Assembly (NCBI GenBank): GCA_030390025.1
Contig: CM059432.1
Coordinates: forward strand, 98,582,001 to 98,646,000
Reading direction: 5' to 3'
Source: Squalus acanthias
Lineage: Eukaryota
DNA: 64,000 bases
Every line of letters starts with the position of its first letter. The stretch's first letter is position 1. A program made the position numbers and the translations under genes. Under the pieces are notes generated by a model, which ran no database searches, was not told the origin of the DNA, and was given only the letters and a program-made list of their open reading frames with translations. Of the stretch, positions 60,557 through 64,000 are shown one piece after another.

Positions 60557-62368
60557 TCATGGGGCACTATTAGACGGTCCTGCGGCACCTACGGGGCCGG
60601 TTGCGACCGCCACCTGTCCACGCGCATTCAAAACCATCTTGCGCATGACTCCTAACACTGCTTCGAGGTCGTCGGGAGGGGTGGGTGCCTTGGCTTCCTT
60701 AGCCGGGACAGGCGCCTGGGTTCGGACCGCGGGATTTTTATCCTTGGAATCCTTCCAAGGGTTCCTGCAGTGCTTGCGCCAGTGCCCTGTCTTCCCACAC
60801 CCGTAACAGGCATTACTTGCCTGTGGGGCGCGATTACCCTCCTGATGCCACTCTCTTTGAGCCGGGGCTGCGGGTCGTACCTCATGTACTCTTCCCTTAA
60901 AGGGACGTGTCGTCATACCCCTTATGTTACGATAACCTAACGTGAGTCGATTCAAGACCGACTCTTCCGTAAGGTTGAGGTCATTGGGATCGAACCAGGC
61001 TTTTGCCTGCTCTCTAACGGCTGGTAAACTGTTGGCTATGATGCACCTAAGCCAATGAATTAAAGCGGCGCCTTCCACATCTTCGCGCTCGGGCGCACCC
61101 AGACAGCTGCGCTCATATACGGGCCACAGCCTGTCGGCAAAAACCTTCGGGGGTTCTCCCTCCATCTGCACTGTCTGTCCTACTCTAGCAAACGGACCTC
61201 CGTCGTTCGCCCCCACTACTTCTAGGACCTCATTTTTCAATTCCTCATAACTTTTATTACCCCTCTTGCTATCGCCTGAGAGACACTGAAGGACCGAGCT
61301 ATCTAACGAGAACAGCAGCATTTTTGCTGTCTCCCCATCATCGCAGCCGTTGATGGCTGCGGCTTGCTCAACTTCCCTGAAATGTACGGAAGGGTCGTCT
61401 ATCTCGGTCAGCTTCCTTACGTGGTTTATCATGGCTCTCAGCTGATGTGAACTGTGAGGCAACACCAGCTGTCCGAGGAGATCCCCCGGTTCTTCCCCAC
61501 CGTTTCTGCTTGGGCCCCTTTTAATACCCGTTACTGGATACAACGATCCCTTTTCTACCTCCTTTTCAACGGGCTCTTTTGCTTCTTCCGTTGCTTCCTC
61601 CCTAACCCAGGTTTCTGAATAGCTGGGTGGCGCGGAGGGCGCAGTGGCTACTACTTCTTCTGCTTTACTTGGTGGGGAATTTCTAAATCTCTCATTTACT
61701 AGCGGCTGGCGTGCCGACGGATTAATAAGGCACACCATGCCGTTCGCATTATTCACGGCCTTTTTGAGGCTCTCTATCTCTTTTTCGCAGGCGCTATGGT
61801 CGGCTCCCTGAAACTTATCCTCAAGGGCCAACTTATACGCCGACCTAACCCCCATTAAGCTCTCTTCTTGAGTTCTTATCTGGGCAGCTTGACGGTTACA
61901 TCTTTCCTTCATCCTACTCTCGTTTAATTTTGCTTCAGTGATCTGGCACTCGAGATACTCTACCCTTGTTTTAAGGTAACTGGAGACTTCCTGGCTTTCC
62001 TGGCGTAACTCATGTAAACTCTTAATGAGCGCCTCCCCTCCAGAAACCTTCTCCTCCATTTCCTCCTCTAACTGCTTGATTCGAGCGGTTAGCGCTGTAT
62101 TGGTCTGGTTTGAAATCTGAACCTGCCTTTTGTAGCACATAAGCCAGACTGCTTTCTCAACTGCCTTTTTATGCTCCTTACTATCAGTCCACCTTTCAGC
62201 TGCCTCTAGTGGGCTCTTATCCGCTAACAATTCGCTTATCCACTTTTTCGTTAGATTAACCTTTCCAAATACGTAATCCGCTATCTTTTCCTGCATCACA
62301 TTTCGTACAGTCATTCCAAAATCTAACACACTACCCTCTCGCTGCCAGTGTCCTGCCGCGGTCGCCAT
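60557..62368 (-). CDS. gag: Gag, 603 aa (coiled coil, PSAPPSY, capsid-like region, one CCHC knuckle)
   Basis: First ORF after the LTR; CYGCGKTGHWRKHC; ends in TGA-CTAG. Confidence 0.93.
   Translation of the reverse strand: MATAAGHWQREGSVLDFGMTVRNVMQEKIADYVFGKVNLTKKWISELLADKSPLEAAERWTDSKEHKKAVEKAVWLMCYKRQVQISNQTNTALTARIKQLEEEMEEKVSGGEALIKSLHELRQESQEVSSYLKTRVEYLECQITEAKLNESRMKERCNRQAAQIRTQEESLMGVRSAYKLALEDKFQGADHSACEKEIESLKKAVNNANGMVCLINPSARQPLVNERFRNSPPSKAEEVVATAPSAPPSYSETWVREEATEEAKEPVEKEVEKGSLYPVTGIKRGPSRNGGEEPGDLLGQLVLPHSSHQLRAMINHVRKLTEIDDPSVHFREVEQAAAINGCDDGETAKMLLFSLDSSVLQCLSGDSKRGNKSYEELKNEVLEVVGANDGGPFARVGQTVQMEGEPPKVFADRLWPVYERSCLGAPEREDVEGAALIHWLRCIIANSLPAVREQAKAWFDPNDLNLTEESVLNRLTLGYRNIRGMTTRPFKGRVHEVRPAAPAQREWHQEGNRAPQASNACYGCGKTGHWRKHCRNPWKDSKDKNPAVRTQAPVPAKEAKAPTPPDDLEAVLGVMRKMVLNARGQVAVATGPVGAAGPSNSAP
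62350..62367 (-). other. Primer binding site, tRNA-Arg type (ERV-B)
   Basis: TGGCGACCGCGGCAGGAC, complementary to a tRNA-Arg(TCG) 3' end GTCCTGCCGCGGTCG-CCA (tRNA sequence recalled, not looked up). Confidence 0.85.
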
Positions 62369-62372
62369 TTTC

Positions 62373-63968
62373 TGTAAGGGATTCTCTCCTGACCCTGCGT
62401 GTCTCGTAGCCTGTGAGATTCACGCGGCTCTGTGCAGCCTGTATGTCAGTGCGGGTCTAGGCCTGGTCTCCAGCCAGTCTGGGAACACTAGACACCCCTG
62501 TGAGTGGTTCGAATCACTCTCCCTTACGGTTCTAGACACTGGACTTAGATGCGAGAGCAGTAATGGAGATAAAACTCATGTAGACTTGGTTTGAACGGTA
62601 CGAAATGGAAAATCTTTATTGCATGATACTTAAAATTATGAAATACATGTCATATGCACAGATTAATGACAGTACAATCTTACAAACAGTTATAATCACT
62701 CTTAGGGAAACGAGGAACGACCAGCACAACGTAAATAGGGCACACATTACAAATATCCTTAATCTTTAAACCCTCCCCTATCAATGTCTATCCTAAACTA
62801 GCTTCGTAGGATCTCGAGACTCATGCTCACCACTCGTAATAACTCGGAGAAATCCCGAATAGCTGATCGGATGTTTTTCACCGCAGCACCCACGTGTTGG
62901 TCAGGAGATCTCCTGGTCCCACTTGTTTACTGCTTTTGCTGCTCGGTCAGTCAGCTGGACCGTCCGCTGTAGTGAAGACCTCTGTTGGTTGGATACAAGG
63001 TATGGTGGAGCACCGTTGTCAATATCGCTGATACGATGTGTTTGCACAGTCCAGTTATCATCGATGCAATATGTCTTGTTAAAGAAGAAAACTTCCTGTC
63101 GAGAAGACTTGGCTGATCGACCTACAGGCGCGGTCGGGATTTACTGACCGTGGCGATGGATAAGGTCTTCTTCTCTTCTCCTCTCATCTCATCTCATCTC
63201 ATCTCATCCCGGGCCTTCGGTTCCGCTGCCAGCTACCAACATAGGTCTTTGCAACAGTCTTTTACACAGGAGCAGCCACGATGATAACAGCAACAAGCGG
63301 CAAGAGTCAAGAACACGAGGCAAGAGTCAAGAGCAAGAGAGAGAATGGACGGTTTGGGGCCTGCAATTATAGTGCACAGTTCTTCCGTTTCCCGCCCAAC
63401 TACAATGTCCATTCTTTTGTTTAAGGTTTGGCGCCCAAAATGTCCTGTATGGGTGATCTCTGTCCTTAATGGGTTTCGGGGCTACTCCTGAATGTTTGAG
63501 TACCTGCTAATATTTCTCCCATTGTTAAATCGGTCGGTGTTCCCCCTGGAGGGGTTTGGGGCTTCCAAGTGTCCTGTATAACTACCTGCTAACGGCTCTC
63601 TCATCGTAGAGCCGTTGGGAGTTTACATATTAATGTCCTTTGGATGGGCCTTTGATGGCTTTCCTTTGTACCTGGGAGACCGATTCCAGTATCGATGTTT
63701 ATACTGTAAACCCATAATGTCCTGTGTATTGTCTTCACTGTGCTGAATCGTTATCGATCCTGCAAAAAAAAAAATGTTTATTGGAACGCCATCTTGTCTG
63801 CCTGTTGAAAAGTCTAGAATGTTCTGTCACGCGGTGCGGCGGCCATTTTACAGGCTGCTTGTGTCCAATTTAAACCTGACAGCATTCCGCTGAAATAAAA
63901 GCTGTTTTGAACGAAACTTTGTGTTTTCTCCTTATTAAAATGAAATCGCGATAATTGCGAATTCTACA
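62373..63968 (-). repeat. ERV-B 5' LTR (1596 bp)
   Basis: TGTA..TACA ends, followed by the TSD CCTC. Confidence 0.97.
63367..63434 (-). promoter_or_regulatory. Candidate LTR core promoter: TATAA plus two E2F-type sites / GC box
   Basis: TATAA (63367-63371, - strand), TTTCCCGC (63388-63395), TTTGGCGC (63427-63434); same arrangement in the ERV-A LTR. Confidence 0.5.
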
Positions 63969-64000
63969 CCTCCTCGTCCTCTTCCTCCTCTTCCTCCTCC

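Larger units (their letters stand above)
51438..63968 (-). mobile_element. ERV-B: intact lokiretrovirus-like endogenous provirus (12.5 kb)
   Basis: Near-identical LTRs, CCTC TSD (51434-51437, 63969-63972), PBS, uninterrupted gag/pol/env, PPT. Confidence 0.95.
48808..64000. mobile_element. Younger Harbinger transposon interrupted by ERV-B, continuing past the window end
   Basis: TIR-like GGGGGAAAAATT, Myb/SANT gene on +, transposase 3' end on - at 51342-51437, acidic tract resuming at 63973-64000. Confidence 0.8.

Noticed and set aside
51438..63968. Classification as a foamy (spuma) virus because of long LTRs, 4-bp TSD and PSAP
   Set aside because: Gag has a CCHC knuckle, pol is in frame with gag, the PBS is tRNA-Arg type, Env is F-like and no accessory ORFs follow env

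Overview
Repeat-dense vertebrate genomic DNA, probably from a cartilaginous fish (inferred from the elasmobranch-type CR1 and Penelope repeats). I recognise no host exon. The window is a nest of mobile elements: tRNA-headed single-ORF CR1/Zenon-like LINEs with SINE-like derivatives, classical CR1 LINEs, an L2 fragment, several PIF/Harbinger transposons (spliced Myb/SANT gene plus DDE transposase), a Penelope-type fragment with a decayed hammerhead core, and a solo LTR. The main system is a pair of related minus-strand endogenous retrovirus-like proviruses. ERV-B (51438-63968) is intact and very young: 1.6-kb LTRs differing at about 2 positions, 4-bp TSD, tRNA-Arg PBS overlapping the gag ATG, gag and pol in one frame separated by UGA-CUAG, two RNase H-type domains, and an Env that looks like a paramyxo/pneumovirus-type F protein preceded by an Ig-like domain. 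This architecture is lokiretrovirus-like. ERV-A (37057-46960) is an older non-autonomous relative that keeps gag, the readthrough signal, the integrase tail and env, but has the enzymes replaced in frame by a Gag-like coiled coil. All family assignments come from motif recognition by eye, not from database searches.
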